Shown: in pieces, positions 13,576 to 28,802 of the stretch
How positions within the stretch are numbered: position 1 is the first letter of the stretch
Layout: each line of letters begins with the position of its first letter
NCBI GenBank assembly: GCA_965235115.1
Contig: OZ249445.1
Coordinates: forward strand, 3,596,001-3,660,000
Length of the DNA stretch: 64,000 nucleotides
Direction of reading: 5' to 3'
Source of the DNA: Laetmonice hystrix
Lineage: Eukaryota
Position numbers and translations under genes: made by a program
Notes under the pieces: model-generated
Database searches by the model: none
The model's input: only the letters and a program-made list of their open reading frames with translations
Told to the model about the DNA's origin: nothing

Positions 13576-16500
13576 AGATAGTAGATGATCAGGGAGAGTG
13601 ACTTGGAAAGGCACGTGGAAACCCAAACATAAGGACATTCTGAATCGTTGTTAGGCTAAATATCAGCCTGAGACCGTTTCCTCACCAATGTGAACGAATC
13701 TTTTAGCTATCTTCCCGTTCAATTAGCAACTTAGCAAAGACATTGTTAACTTAAACTCTACCCCGTTACTTTGTACACTGCCTCGTCAAAATAACTTTTA
13801 TCATTCCTGCCTTTGCCCTGTTTACGGTTGCACATTTCGCAGACATCATATACAAGCCAAGAGAGAAGATAGCTAAACAATAGTAACAGGAGGCTGAAAA
13901 CCTCCCCCGGCAGCCACAGCACCACCACAGCTCACACGGCATCCGTTGTTGGTGTCTAGGAAAAGCTACTCCATTCCTTGTAAGAGAACCTTGGGTATAA
14001 CATAAAAAGGCGACAAGCCGTAGCGAACAAACACACCACCAGCAGTCCGAAACACGGTGCGAGGATAGCAAGCACAAACTATAAGAATATTTTCTTAGTA
14101 AACCTATAGATTACATCCAGATGCTGACTTTGATATCCGTGGGGTTCTTTACCTTCTTATACAGTTCCTCACAACTACGTCATGTTTGTGTGCTGTTTCT
14201 CTATTACAACTCTAAGTTCGATCTGATTAATGTAAATGTTAGATCATCTGGTCTTCTCACTTTCAAATCAGTGGCGAATTGAACGAAAACGTACATACCG
14301 CAGAATAAAATTTATACAAGGATCTCACTTAAAAATATCTACTACAATACAGGTTTGGAGTTTCTCTGGAACTCTTTTTTAAATTTTTGTAACTTTACGC
14401 ATCTTTTGATTTTTGTTAACTGATGTTTTTTTAACAGCAGCACTGCCTAGGTTGCTGGATCAAACAGAGTAGGTCATACACCACGAATCCATGTTATCTT
14501 TCCTGGCCTAACTGTGACTGAGCAGCTTCCACGACGGTGCAATGTAATATTATTATACCGTCATGCCACTATAAAAACGGGTACGGTCCACAGTCAGTCT
14601 ACAAACCTTACAAGAATAGAAATATGTCGAAAAAATATTTTTAGAAATATATTTGCAGAAAAAGGACACGCATGGGTTCAAAGAGAAGAAATCTGGGAAC
14701 GAGGAAACGGGTAACTATAGCCATATCACTTTTGTCAGTCCTGCGAACTGTCACTGGGATAGTGCATGTGTTTACGAGTAGTGCCCATTCCCAAGTGCCT
14801 GGAGAAAGTCTTGGTGCTCAGACAAAACCAGGCAAAATGATGGCCCGGAGCAGCACTTCACCAGCTGCAGGGACACGGAAGATGATGTGGCTTCGAGCAC
14901 CTTGGCAGCTGAGTTGGGGGTTGGTTGGGGGCGGGGTTGGTCTATCACGGCTTGGTGTGCCAACAACTGTCTGTCTAGACCCCAGTGCAGGATATAGACA
15001 AATACCGACACCCTAGACATCATCACCGCTTGGTTGGCCGCCGGCTTGGCCGATGGCAGCGATTCAGGCAGTTTCTTACTCATGCTCACAGCTCAATAAA
15101 TCTCAATCTTCAAAGTTATAAATCTTTGGACGCAAACAACGCAAAGGCTGACTCAACCCCTCACTATGGCTTTCTTGTAAAAACCAAGTTCATTTCGAGA
15201 AGAAAGGTAAAAAGGCCCCGATTTTTCCCACCATTTTGGTAATAATAGGGACACTTTGAAAATTCAGTTTGGTGAAATCTCATGTTGATAATCTCAGCAA
15301 GTCTATCAGCCATCCCTTCCTCTTCTCAGATTCTGACATTGTTTTAACCGGGAAAATATCACCTCAAACTACAGCGGAATGGGAAGAGTTTAAGGTCAAT
15401 AGGCCATGTAGTCCTAAACAACAGTAGGGCCAGGAAAGAGTGAAGGTATAAACGATAAATATAGCGACTTGAGCCCAGCAGGGGTAGCTCGGAGTGGGCG
15501 CAGACAGTGAGGGCCTGGGGGAAACCATGCCAGCGGCTCGGGGTCTCACACCAGGTTTGTTTCTTACACTTGGTTGGATCATTGAGCTCACTGACGGACT
15601 GGGCTCAGTGTGCGCTGTAGCTTACAATCTGAATCTACGACCTGTCAGTAACACACTTGAAATCATCAGTACCCAAACTCTCCCCCTGAGGAATCATTCT
15701 CCCTTCCACAGATCAAATGTTGGGATTCCATCGGTTACAAGTAGCTGCTGGTATTGTAAACATGTTTATCGTACATATCGTCGGTGTGTCCACTCCACAT
15801 ACTTCCAGTTTTCTGTGCCCTTCAGGTCAGTATAAGGGGAGAGTCTCCCGCCGAGCCTGGCCCAGGGAAGAGGTCTAATTATAGCAGAGAGAAGATACTT
15901 CATGCTGTGTCAGCTCATCAAGTCCAGTGTACACATTACATGGTGGATTTCCTACATAATAAATAATGGAACCCATGGTAATGATGGCTAAACATGGACC
16001 AGCTATTAGTCTATGACTGCTGTTGTAACCTCATCGGCTCATATACTGACATTTCATAATGATACTGGCTATAATTATATGACAGGAATATGTATACAGT
16101 CTAGGCCTCGCTATAAAGTGAAAACTTTTCTTTAAAAAAAGTAAAATGCTACAATTTGACAATGTTCCGTTATCACCAAATGGTTAGGTAGATGCTTATC
16201 TAGCAAGTAGATCTATAAATTCATATTCTTTAAAAATTTAGGGGGCTTAAATTATTTTTCTGTCCCATGCTTTTTACTCACATGTGAATTCCTTGTAGAC
16301 TCCACTAAAATTTGGAAAATTTTGTGATACTCCAACAGTTATAGTACGGTATTAAAAGATCTTCCTGAAATCTAAAATTTCATCCCTTTATCGGAACGCT
16401 AGGATTGCTGTAAAGTTGATACCAACAGGTTACTAGATGAAACCCTGGGGACTGACGTGACATGCTGACCCAAGTACCCAGGTAAACCAAAACATAAGGG

Positions 16501-17571
16501 ATAAGCTGGCCAAAGGATCCCAGCATCATGTGTTTCCAATGTTTCATGGCCATCCAGGAATAAGGTCAATCTTTGAGCGGCTCGGCGGCTGCAGACTAAA
16601 CCGCTGAGTGTACACCTGGTACTAAAAGGTCACTCAGGTAGGATGCTGAGCTGTTAACCCTCCACGGTGGGGAGAATGGACGGTGTCAACTCAAGTAACA
16701 TTTTTATCTCCAAACGATCACTAGGTAACGGGTACTAAACCTACCCTGATGTGAACACTTAACACAAATCCGGGATATAGGAGATGTGAGTCAAAAGTAC
16801 CTAAGATACAAAATCAAGGATCCATAGCAATACTAAAAGTCTTTCAATCTGAAGAACAGAATCTGCGGTTCGAGTTAGAATAGTGTCGAGTATATATGTA
16901 TAGAAAAAGATAACATCAAGCGGTGTGAAGATATGTGCCTTGGTTCTCAGAGCCAGACCTATTACAGGTCGGGGGATGGCGTGAGGCTCTTTAATAGCAG
17001 GAGGCGTGTCAATAGCAGGAGGCCGTCCCACCGATTAGCCGCTCCACGACGTTTACAGCCTCTATTAGCCTGATTACTGTCTCTACCAACTCAACCCATT
17101 TGTCCTCCCCACAACGACCACCACACTTGGCCTTTCCGGAGCCATACGTGAGGAGACTCAAGTGTCAAAGGCCTTCTCTCCCCATAATAAGACTCTTTCC
17201 GTCAGGCTTGAGCTCTTAGAAAATACCGACTTCATCTTCAGTCCACACAATGCAGGGGTCTCCACATGATTCTACAGACCCTAGAAGGCAGTGACTGACG
17301 ACAAAACTTTACCGTCTGGTGAACATTACCACATGTAAGTTGTAACACATGGAATGACTTGTCATGATGTCCGTGGGTGTCATTCTATGTCACAAACATG
17401 GAAAGATTCTCACTGTGTCATTCCATGCCCACGCCCCTGACGTGGATCGATAGAAAATGTCACTCCGACACTGCATGCCAAAGACTCGAACAGTTCACTC
17501 TTTCACTGCATGCCTTAGCATCCCCACCCCTCCATTACGCCTTTCTCATCTTTCCTCTAAAACCCGACCAT

Positions 17572-19330
17572 TTCATAGATCTCTATCCTCTACTATAGCC
17601 CTTACCCTATCATAGATCTCTATCCTCTACTATAGCGCTTACCCTATCATAGATCTCTATCCTCTATAGCACCTACCCTATCATAGATCTATCTCTATCC
17701 TCTATAGCCCCGACCCTATCATAGATCTCTCTATCCTCTATTGCCCCTACCCTATCATAGATCTCTATCCTCTATAGCCCCTACCCTATCATAGATCTCT
17801 ATCCTCTATAGCCCCTACCCTATCATAGATCTCTATCCTCTATAGCCCCTACCCTATCATAGATCTCTATCCTCTATAGCACCTACCCTATCATAGATCT
17901 CTATCCTCTATAGCCCCTACCCTATCAGATCTCTATCCTCTATAGCCCCTACCCTATCATAGATCTCTCTATCCTCTATAGCCCCTACCCTATCATAGAT
18001 CTCTCTATCCTCTATAGCCCCTACCCTATCATAGATCTCTATCCTCTATAGCCCCTACCCTATCATAGATCTCTCTATCCTCTATAGCCCCTACCCTATC
18101 ATAGATCTCTATCCTCTATAGCCCCTACCCTATCATAGATCTCTATCCTCTATAGTCCCTACCCTATCATAGATCTCTATCCTCTATAGTCCCTACCCTA
18201 TCATATATCTCTATCCTCTATAGTCCCTACCCTATCATAGATCTCTATCCTCTATAGCACCTACCCTATCATAGACCTCTATCCTCTATAGCCCCTACCC
18301 TATCAGATCTCTATCCTCTATAGCCCCTACCCTATCATAGATCTCTCTATCCTCTATAGCCCCTACCCTATCATAGATCTCTATCCTCTATAGCCCCGAC
18401 CCTATCATAGATCTCTCTATCCTCTATAGCCCTGACCCTATCATAGATCTCTATCCTCTATATCCCCTACCCTATCATAGATCTCTCTATCCTCTGTAGC
18501 CCCCTACCCTATCATAGATCTCTATCCTCTATAGCCCTGACCCTATCATAGATCTCTATCCTCTATATCCCCTACCCTATCATAGATCTCTCTATCCTCT
18601 ATAGCCCCTACCCTATCATAGATCTCTATCCTCTATAGCCCCTACCCTACCATAGATCTCTATCCTCCATAGCCCCTACCCTATCATAGATCTCTATCCT
18701 CTATAGCCCCTACCCTACCATAGATCTCTATCCTCCATAGCCCCTACCCTAGATCTCTATCCTCTATAGCCCCTACCCTATCATAGATCTATCTCTATCC
18801 TCTATAGCCCCTACCCTATCATAGATCTCTATCCTCTATAGCCCCTACCCTATCATAGATCTCTATCCTCTATAGCCCCTACCCTATCATAGATCTCTAT
18901 CCTCTATAGCCCCTACCCTATCATAGATCTCTATCCTCTATAGCCCCTACCCTATCATAGATCTCTATCCTCTATAGCCCCTACCCTATCATAGATCTCT
19001 ATCCTCTAAAACCCCTACCCTATCATAGATCTCTATCCTCTATAGCCCCTACCCTATCATAGATCTCTATCCTCTATAGCCCCTACCCTATCATAGATCT
19101 CTATCCTCTATAGCCCCTACCCTATCATAGATCTCTATCCTCTATAGCCCCTACCTATCATAGATCTCTCTATCCTCTATAGCCCCTACCTATCATAGAT
19201 CTCTCTATCCTCTATAGCCCCTACCCTATCATAGATCTCTATCCTCTATAGCCCCTACCCTATCATAGATCTCTATCCTCTATAGCCCCTACCCTAGCAC
19301 AGATCTGTCATCTATAGCCCATACACTATC
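17572..19330. repeat. Minisatellite, ~34-bp unit, ~50 copies
   Basis: Unit CATAGATCTCTATCCTCTATAGCCCCTACCCTAT. Confidence 0.98.
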
Positions 19331-22300
19331 ATAGGCTATGATAGGGTAGGGGTTCACCTACTGCCACTAGTTATGTATAATCAATACCCCCCTTGATCCC
19401 CATCATACATGTATGCTCTTAATCTTCCTTCTGCCCTGTAGGATTATACTATAGGCTCGATCTCAATGGCCTACTCCACCCCTTCCATGCCCTACAAGAA
19501 CCCATGCCTTATAAATATACAACCCCCCCCCCCCTCCCAGGACCCCCATCCCACCAGCCCTCCCGCCTCCACCCTTGGTCCCCTCAACGAGTGGTCCCCT
19601 GCACTGAGGTTTCTGCCTGCAGGCACTACCCAGACATCCTTTTAGTTGTGGTAGGTTTGTCTGTTCCGCCTGCCTACCTCCCACTGTGGTGAATGGTGAT
19701 CCTACATCTACTTCCCGCCTACCCACCCCCATACCGACATTACAGCACCACGGCAGGCGGTACGGCACCAGTTACATGACACACAGCAGCGTGTCCACCA
19801 CACCAACTGACCTACATCACTCTCATTCTCAGACCTGGCAAAGAGGACAGTATTACTCTCATCAACGAGTATAGAATTCTATACTCGTTGCTCTCATATA
19901 AATTATCATGGGCAATAAATATAGAATCAGGTTCACAACTGCTCGAATCACACACAAATTACAAATAATATACGGGTCTGATTAAGCTGATCAAACCACT
20001 GGTACTGTGGCAGGATACTGAACTTCAATTTCTGCTAAAAGTACCAATAGGTACATCTATATTAATACACCCGTATAGGGTTCTATTTTCACCACATCCC
20101 ACAGGTCTTTAGTTTTACGACAGCAAACATCTCGGACCCTGTTTACAATGTATGGCACTGAGTTTATCCCATTTTTACCATTCACAATGCAGACCCTACA
20201 ACTGAGTGACTGAGAATGAACCGTTCCCACAACGGTTTATTGATCCTGCTCATCAAAAACAATTCATGAGATGTCTGTTCCATAAGCTGCCTCAAGTTCT
20301 GAACCGTGCTGAGACGAAATGTTCATGCGATTCCGAGTTACTCGGGCCAAGGCTGAGGCCGATAACAGATAATCTGGGTTAGATATATGCCAGACTTTTA
20401 CCGCCCTCACAGTATTGCAGCTATATTCAGATATGGTGTCAGCTGGTGGGGTATCTGGCGACCAAACAATCGGCATGCCTCACACACACACACACCGTCT
20501 CTGAGCTCTCCATTCCTTGGCTCTCCGTACACATTCACCCACCCAGGGCTATCGCTGCCTGCTCTAATATAACAAAAAAACTACCGCCAAGATTCTGGGT
20601 GGGTACCATTGCCTGGCTTAGAGTGACGAAGACACCTTACTTACATGGTCCCTGACTTCAGGAACTGACCTGAGCTCATCACTGCGACAATTAAAAAAAA
20701 AAGCTGAAATTTTTATTCCTAAAAATACCGGTAAATTCTACGTCTGGTAGAAAGTTATCCAGGGTATACAAGACTTCTACAGAACGTCCATCAAACTGTC
20801 GGACAAAACAGCAGCATGGACCTGCATCACCATGGCAACAGTGTAAAGGGGTGAGAAAAAGATGGTCTAGGAGCATGGCAGTTGTTCCGTGGTAAGATTT
20901 ACCCCTTCAACCAATCAGCACAACAGGTGTACGCTATTTATTTCCTTCAAACCCGCATGACTCAAAATAAAGTGACCTAAAAACGATTCCAAGCTGCAAC
21001 ATTTACTAACTGCTCTAAACTTACCCAAGATATTTAGAAATTTTCAGATTATTTCGAAATTCATAATGAATCTAAAGACACTTTGAAAAGTAAAATTGGT
21101 CCAGAATTCTCCTTGATTCTGACTGCTCTCGTTCAAGGTCGAGATTTACTATACATAAATGTCAAAATGGCCACCCACTGAGAGGCAGAGCTTGGATGAT
21201 GCATTAGCTTTGGACTCTTGCGAAAGGAAGCAATTATTTAAAGGTCTGACTGAGTGACTCTTGAGACTTGTGTCAGTTGACACCACAGATACCACAAACA
21301 ATATGATTCATACAGCAAGCTCAAACTAAAGGGCACTAATTTCTCACCTTTAAAAAGGTTGTCTGTATACTTACACTTACACGTGATTCACCCTAATACT
21401 GGTAGCGCTCCTCGACAAGTTGGACAATGTATTGATAATCAGAACTCTCTTAGTACGGCCAACGAGTATAGATACTCGTTGGTACGGCGAACAAAGTATT
21501 GTGTAGATCTCTGGAACATGGATCATCCTAATATTACTACCTTTACGGAGTCTAACAGAGATAACCATGGCTGTCACGGTTTTTATGGCACTTCTCTGTC
21601 TAGACACCAGATGTTATTAACCAAGGAAGCAAACCGAAAATAGGTTGCATCATCAATGGAGCATATCTCAAAGTTTTTTCTCTTGCAACCATCCATCAGA
21701 GGTACTAGTACTAGCAGCTTACCAACATGACTTAGTGTTTTATTCTGGGTTCTTAAAAATACTTGGCATCATCAACCACTTTAAAGATTAAATACAGCCC
21801 CAACTGAAAAGGAACGCTTTGAAAATCACAATGAAAAAATTCCTATTTTTCAGTTCTCCATACGGTAGTTTTTGAATAAGGATTGAACATGTACTTATGT
21901 AAACAAAAAGATCTGTGAAAGAAATCACTTCACAATATCAGGTATCACAAACACAGTAAGGAGACTGGCTTTCACGTGTTTTAGATAGATACGAAACAAA
22001 AGATACAAAGTCCTATAATTCCCAAGAACAATATTTACCCTGTAGACAGAAATCTTTGCTTTAATGAAATCTTATGGGTACTTTTATATGTTTATTCCTC
22101 GATCTGCATAATTCATGGCTTTTACTTTGAGATATTCACAAAAATCCTTACATACATGTACCAGTGCCAGGGGAAGAACGTTTTCAGTCTACTCAGCAAA
22201 CTGGCGTACATTCCTGGGTATGCCTAGCCAATGTCACCTGACCTGTATCACACTTTGGCCCAGATCTTACTGACATGTCCTGACCAAGTAAACTCTAGGG

Positions 22301-25300
22301 TTCTGTGTTAGAGGCTGAGGTTACAGTGCTGACCCACTTCCAACACTAACTCACAATACCATTCAGTTTAGCCACAGTCATTTATTGTGGCTCAAGGATT
22401 TGAAGACGGCCATAGGCTGACTAAATTGAATTGCATCATCATTTTTATTAATTACTGAGGTAATGGTGATGTGTTAATGTCAAATAGCTTGAGGGCAGCC
22501 CCGGCCCGCTTCTCATGCGAGTCTCCTTCGCAACAGTAGATTGCTTCCTTGAAAGATTTTAACCCCTTAATAAGACTTGACAGCTGCAGGTCAGAGACCC
22601 TCTCTCCTTGCAACCTGAGCGGGTGAGTTTTCCCTGTAGGAGAACCCTGGTCATCTCATGCCCGGATCCAGTGTCAATGTTTTGAAGGCCACAGATAAAG
22701 CTCAGCGGATATTTCGGACCACAAGGTGTGATTGGATTGTAGGGCAGGTAGCCCATAACATCTGAATCCGGATGCGCTCCAATCCAAATTTACTCCTCAG
22801 CCCAACATCAGGGAAGGGCCCTGGTTCACAGACTTCAGGATATGGTTCACCCACAGTCAACGTGAAATGATTTCGGTCAAAATCAATCCAGTTATACTTT
22901 GTACATGGTCGTTTCCTACTGAATGATCATGATAAATGAATAAGTTACTGCAATCTAACTTGCAGACCTAATTTTAAAGTACTGCATAGGTCTGTCTTGT
23001 TGTACATAACAATTCATGTTAGTCTTTCAGTTTTGTTCAAATTACACATTTTTGCCAATTCAGACGTTCCGTCTGACAAGTTGGAATTGCTTTTGACACC
23101 TCGGCAAATTGGCCACTTGGCGATGCAGGACATTCTATAAGATCAGGAAGTGTCTGCAGTAGATTGCTTTGCTTGTTCTTCAGACCTCCATCTCATCCCG
23201 CCCTCTCTTCTCTTTCCTGCCCAACCAACACCTCAACCCCAGAGCACTTGGTGAGAAGATAACGCCGGCTGCCTCATCTGCTCAGCCTCCCTGAACCTGA
23301 CCGAGTTCAATTTGTAGGTCACCAGCCTGCTGTGGCGGGATCTCCATTGAAATGTAGGTCACGGTAAGTCCTGAAGGCTATTGCATGTTTCTGGCGGCTA
23401 GTTTTGTACCAAGAGGTTACGTCTCGTTTGAACATCATGTATCACAGTACATGCTCAGCCCTCCTTGCTTTTATCTGGGGTCATAAACCTCATTTCTTTG
23501 TGGTGAACGCAGTACAAATACCTTTTCAATCGAGAATTCAGGATGAAACTTTGAAAGAGCAAGATATTGATGGCACCTTTTTAAATGTTAAGATTCAAGC
23601 ACGTAGATTATTTTAGGCATAGCCATAGGTGCCTGTTGTCCTGAGTTGGTTTTAACTACAGTATTTAGTTTTTTCAAATATTACCTTATTGAATTTTAAT
23701 CTCGTCACATCGATGATGGCCACACAAAACGATACAACTTACAAGACATCCTTAAATACGCTGCTGCAGCTTGATAAATCTCAGCATCTTTTATCTGATG
23801 TTTTTATCATGTCAGTAGACACTCCCTGCGTTATCACTGCCGGTCACATACCTCTGATAATGCACTCCTAAAAATCGCGTGCACGGGGCTTGCCAGTTTC
23901 TCCGCTACTTATCTGTAGGCATGTCAGGTTCACTGGCTATATACAACTATTGACATTGTTCAAATACTCTGGTAGGTCAGAATCCTTTGAATAAATCCAA
24001 ACAGTATGCTAATAGCCTGACAGGCAGACATCTAACAATATTTCATTAAATTTTACGACTTCACCAAGAACATATTTAAAGGATGGGAATAACCTATCTT
24101 AATACTGGGGTATTCTAAAAATGTAGCACTTGCCAATGATTTTCTTTAGCCACAATCCATCTTGTTCAGTTATCATGGAACGTTAACCCTTTTTACGGCT
24201 GATGAAAGGCATGTAGAGTACAGTCTACAGTATTTCAGGTATAACCATGATCATACCTTGGTTTCAAACAGGCTAACGCGATAGCTCACACTTACTGGCA
24301 ACAACATTTTTATGGCAACTGTACTGAGTCCATGTGCTCAATGAACAGGTTTTATTTTGTTCTTTTGTTTTCACATGTCAGGACATGTATCTAGACAATG
24401 ACATGTATCTAGTCCTGTATCTAGACAAGTCATTCTCCTTGTCTATGGGGAAAGCAATCAAGAACTGTTCAAATGGCAGCTCTTTCACAGAGCAAGGTTC
24501 TGTTATTAAAACCAAACAGGGACTCAAGCCAATAGCATACGGTAGTATTGGTATTGATAACAGATAAATAATGTCATGTGCAGCTAATGTCATGTGCAGC
24601 TAGGAGGTTAATTCCGCATTGCATCTACTTTCTTAATGTAAGAAACATTTCAACTACCCTCGAGTCTAATAAAAACATTTGGCCAATTAGGGTCACCATC
24701 TAAAACAAAATGATAAATTAATCTACCCTGCTAATGACCTGATTGTGCCTTCATACAATTATCAAAAGGATCAGGCACTTTGCAGATTGAAAAACATGAT
24801 CTATTGTTGATGTCACGGGTCAGCGGTTTAAAGGTTAGTAGATTATATCAGGCTGTGGTATTGTCCATCTGATAATGAATGATATTTAAAAGGTGGAGTT
24901 AGTACCGGTCAGCCTTAGCAATCCAACCCCCCCCCCCCCTCCACCTCCCAATCCTGTGGTCCACCCTTGGGTACTCAGTTTGTGGTAAGCAGTGATCCTT
25001 GTAACAAAACAAAGACTTCACTTCAACAATGGGTGGTCACCTCTTTGGTTCACTGGGTGGTCAGTGCAGGGTCACTCGAAATAGGTCAAAGCAGGGACTG
25101 CAGCCTGGGGCCAGACACGGCCTAGCTGTACTTCAGAATTCAGAATTGACTGACATAGGTAACTGGCTGAGTAATGACTAATTATGTGTCATTAACAGTC
25201 ATTTGCCTAACTGATTATAGACCACAACCTACAAATAAATTTTTATGTTTTTTAAATTTACTAGACCAATGACACTTGTTGTGGTTGAAGTTCTGTGTAT

Positions 25301-25765
25301 GTATGCCAGTGAACATGGGCCAGAATTTATATTGTCACCACGTACTGAGGTGGCTTTACTCTTACAATCATCAATGATATTCATGCATGAATTTGGATAG
25401 AAAAAAAGACGTTCAGAATTGTGGAAAAATAAGAGGGTATGGGGGAATAAGTGGAAAAAGATTCAACGGAAAAATACCCCCAAATTCAAAAGGTCTGCCC
25501 CATCAGCTGTTCAAAGCAAAGTGAAGAAAATATGCCTACTGAGATTAATGGGACCCTCGACCTCAGCTGCAGCTGTCACCTGTGTGTGACTGTAACCTAC
25601 ACCCACCATAGAACAGGAGGGGCCTGGTAATTCCTTTTAAGTGCTCAGGTCAAAATTTTCATTTCAATAGTGAGCTGTCTGGACACGTTGACAAACTACT
25701 CCAACTTGGTGTTCGCCAAAATTCAAATGATAGAATACAGACATTCTTAATAATATTCAGCTTAA

Positions 25766-26112
25766 AGGTGCTATTCGTAAAAAAAAAGTTCAATGTTTTT
25801 ATTTTTAATTTTGTTGACGTTTATGTGATCCCACCTGTCATGGAAATAGATTCACAACAAAGGAAATCAAATTTTTTCATGGATAACGGCACAATTGGGG
25901 CTTTCTCAGAAGGCCTGTGGCGACCCTGACACGCCCCACCATAGGAAATGGCTCTATCTCGGTGCGCACCGAGATAGGTTTCAAATGCTGCACACAAACT
26001 TAAACTAATAGAAGGTTTATCAGGCCAATGGTATCGGTAGGAATTTTTTCTAGTACTATGTGCACAATGTATGATAGGAGAAATGCCATTCTGTGTGAGA
26101 CGAATAGCACCT
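25766..26112. mobile_element. Non-autonomous DNA transposon (MITE), Kolobok-like
   Basis: Perfect 13-bp TIRs AGGTGCTATTCGT / ACGAATAGCACCT, flanked by TTAA on both sides. Purine-purine termini with a TTAA TSD fit Kolobok rather than piggyBac. Confidence 0.8.
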
Positions 26113-28802
26113 TTAACTGCACCCTCTGGAAAAGCGTCCTTCAATGACATTAATTATTACAAGCAGACAGGAGAGAAAAGACTGCATGCCAAGCCGACCC
26201 CCTACGCCCTCCCCCATGGAGGCAACTGATGGGGCTGGCATGTGCATGGAATTCCTGGTCAGGTTACTGGGGAATGTCACAACCATCTTCACAGCTCCGT
26301 AAATAGGTCACTCTATACTCCAGTTGTAGCAGGTTCCTCCAATCCTCATCTCCAGCGTCTCAGGTTTGTCTGGTCGTGGCTGACAACAACAGCCTCCAGC
26401 CACTTCACCATAAATATACCCTGAGCACTCAACTACATGGCATCACATCGTAAACCACCAAATATCACCACAATGATATCAACTCGAAACCAGGTATCAA
26501 TTTTAGGCGATTAAACAGGACTTGGACCAGTCTCATTTTGACCATAAACAGAGTCTAAATTAAAAGTCTGGGAGACACAGCCCTGACCCCTAAACATTTA
26601 AAACAATTTTGAGCCCTCACTGGTCAAGATTTTTTAGAAAATCAGCCTCTATAAAATGGAAAGTTTCCTTCTCTGAGTCTGAGTGAAAATCACATAACAA
26701 CCAGGATTTGTAACTGGTTACCTCACCAACATCCCACTTGACTACGGGTAATCAGACTATGTGTCACTGCAATTTGTTTTTCACATAATTGCGAAGTGAG
26801 ATGGCAATCGGGAGGTATGATATTCCTACACAAGGCATCTGAGAGGCATAGTATTCAGGACTACACAAGGCAGATGCGGGAGTGGGGGGGGGGGGGGGGG
26901 GCAGCGGCTGCCTAGCTTGCTCCGAGGTCCCAGCCCTTTAGCGGCAGAGTTATCAAGCTGCCAAAGTCTGTATGTAACCGTGTCAACAGTACTTGGTGAG
27001 TCACCTTAGACCTACCAAACTACATAAACCATTTGACAAAATGTGGGTCTATGGTCTCTGTGGTCACGTCAGAATTCAGATCATGAATGAGTCTATCAGG
27101 CATAAAAAAAAAACAGACAACTTTTTTGGCCTAGACTTTCATTTATGACCTGGATGTATAAAATAGATCTTATTAGGCTCTATTAGTCTCCGCAAACTTA
27201 TGAGTCTCATTTCACACCTCATACAAGACTGACAATGCATTACACATTTTCGCCCTACAATGTTTGCCAGTATGCAGTAACTCTTGCAGCTGGGAGTTAG
27301 CTTTCTCGCCAGCCTTTTTCTGTGTAAAGGGCCGCTACACTGTGAATTTAGGCCACCACACTGTCTTTTAGGCTGCTACACTATCTCTTGAGTTGAAGTT
27401 GAAAGTGTTGCTGCAAAAACTTGTCTAAATTCAACAAAACCCACAGAAATACGGATAATATACCTTCCTCATCTAGCTATCTAGACAGCAAGATAAGGGT
27501 ATAGGGCGATTTCTTGCAATGTTTTCTGAGTTATGAAGAAAAAACCCAGTAGGAGGGGTGCATGGTGGAGCCTGGGTGAGACACCCAAATGTTTAGCAAT
27601 ATTAGTTATATTACATAGCCAGAGAGAGGTACTCGACACAGAGAGGCTCTGACCCATCTATGATCTCAGCTCTAGGGCACCGGAGTGGGACAGAGCATTT
27701 TAATCTAGGAGTACTCCAACTAGCCAGAGTCTGATACTAGTGCCCAATCAAACAGATAGGCATGGGGCTAGGGCCTTCAGAGATCTCTCTAAAAAAATAG
27801 AAATAAAGTGCTCACCGGCTTCAGTGTGCTGTATACCACGGACATAATGACAATGCATGCATCTGTTCTAGTATTTTATTGGCCGGGGCTTCAGGGGGTG
27901 CCTAGGTCCCCAAAAGCTGGGGGGGGGGGGGGGGATAAAGATGGTCTGACTCTAAATTTTGTGCGTTTTCCTATGCCATGGTTAATGATCTCCTTTGATC
28001 CACAGCACAGGGGACAATCAATTTCAAGTTAGAAATTTTGTTTTAAACTAAACTGTCTAAAGGACTAGCGTGTCGCTGAAACAGAAGGCATGTTGGCAAA
28101 TTTAAGCGCGTCGAGCATGACATGCAAAAGCACTTTAGCAAGGTCCCACTACTAGCGTAGGCCTACATTTATAGTATACAACTTAGGCTTACCACCACTG
28201 AAACCTTACCACTACGGCCTATAACGAACCCCTATAACTTGTATAAGCACTACTACTAGTAGTAGTACTACAGACTCAGTCTCTAGTCTAGACTATCGCC
28301 AGATCCCTTCTTCTGCCCGCTAGACGATAGTCTATCGGTACTGACTGAGGCACTGAGGGACGACAGATCAAGATATACCGAGTAATTCTAGTGTACCGGC
28401 TGATAGGGGGCAGCTGACAGCGGTCGCCTCCATCATCCTGAGCTACAATCCAGGGCAGACACAGCCACAGGCCCAGGCCAGGGAGACTGAGTGAGCTAGC
28501 CTAACGCCGGGAATAGCCAGTAGGCTAGGTACATAGGCCAGTAACTTCAATTTAACACGCACTGTTCCGCAGAAGCAGACTACTAATTCAGGCATTAACT
28601 TCATTGCTAAGCTGGTGTGTGTTTCCAAGAATGAAATCGGCCGACTGCGGAAGCCAAAGCCTGGGCAAAAGGACGATGATGGGGATGAGTGTGGGCAGCG
28701 AAGGCCCGACTACTGTCAGGCTCGGCCCTTGACTGTATTCAAATATCTCTGTTCATACATGACCTCAATCAAGCAGAATTTGAATTAAAGTAAGATACTC
28801 AC

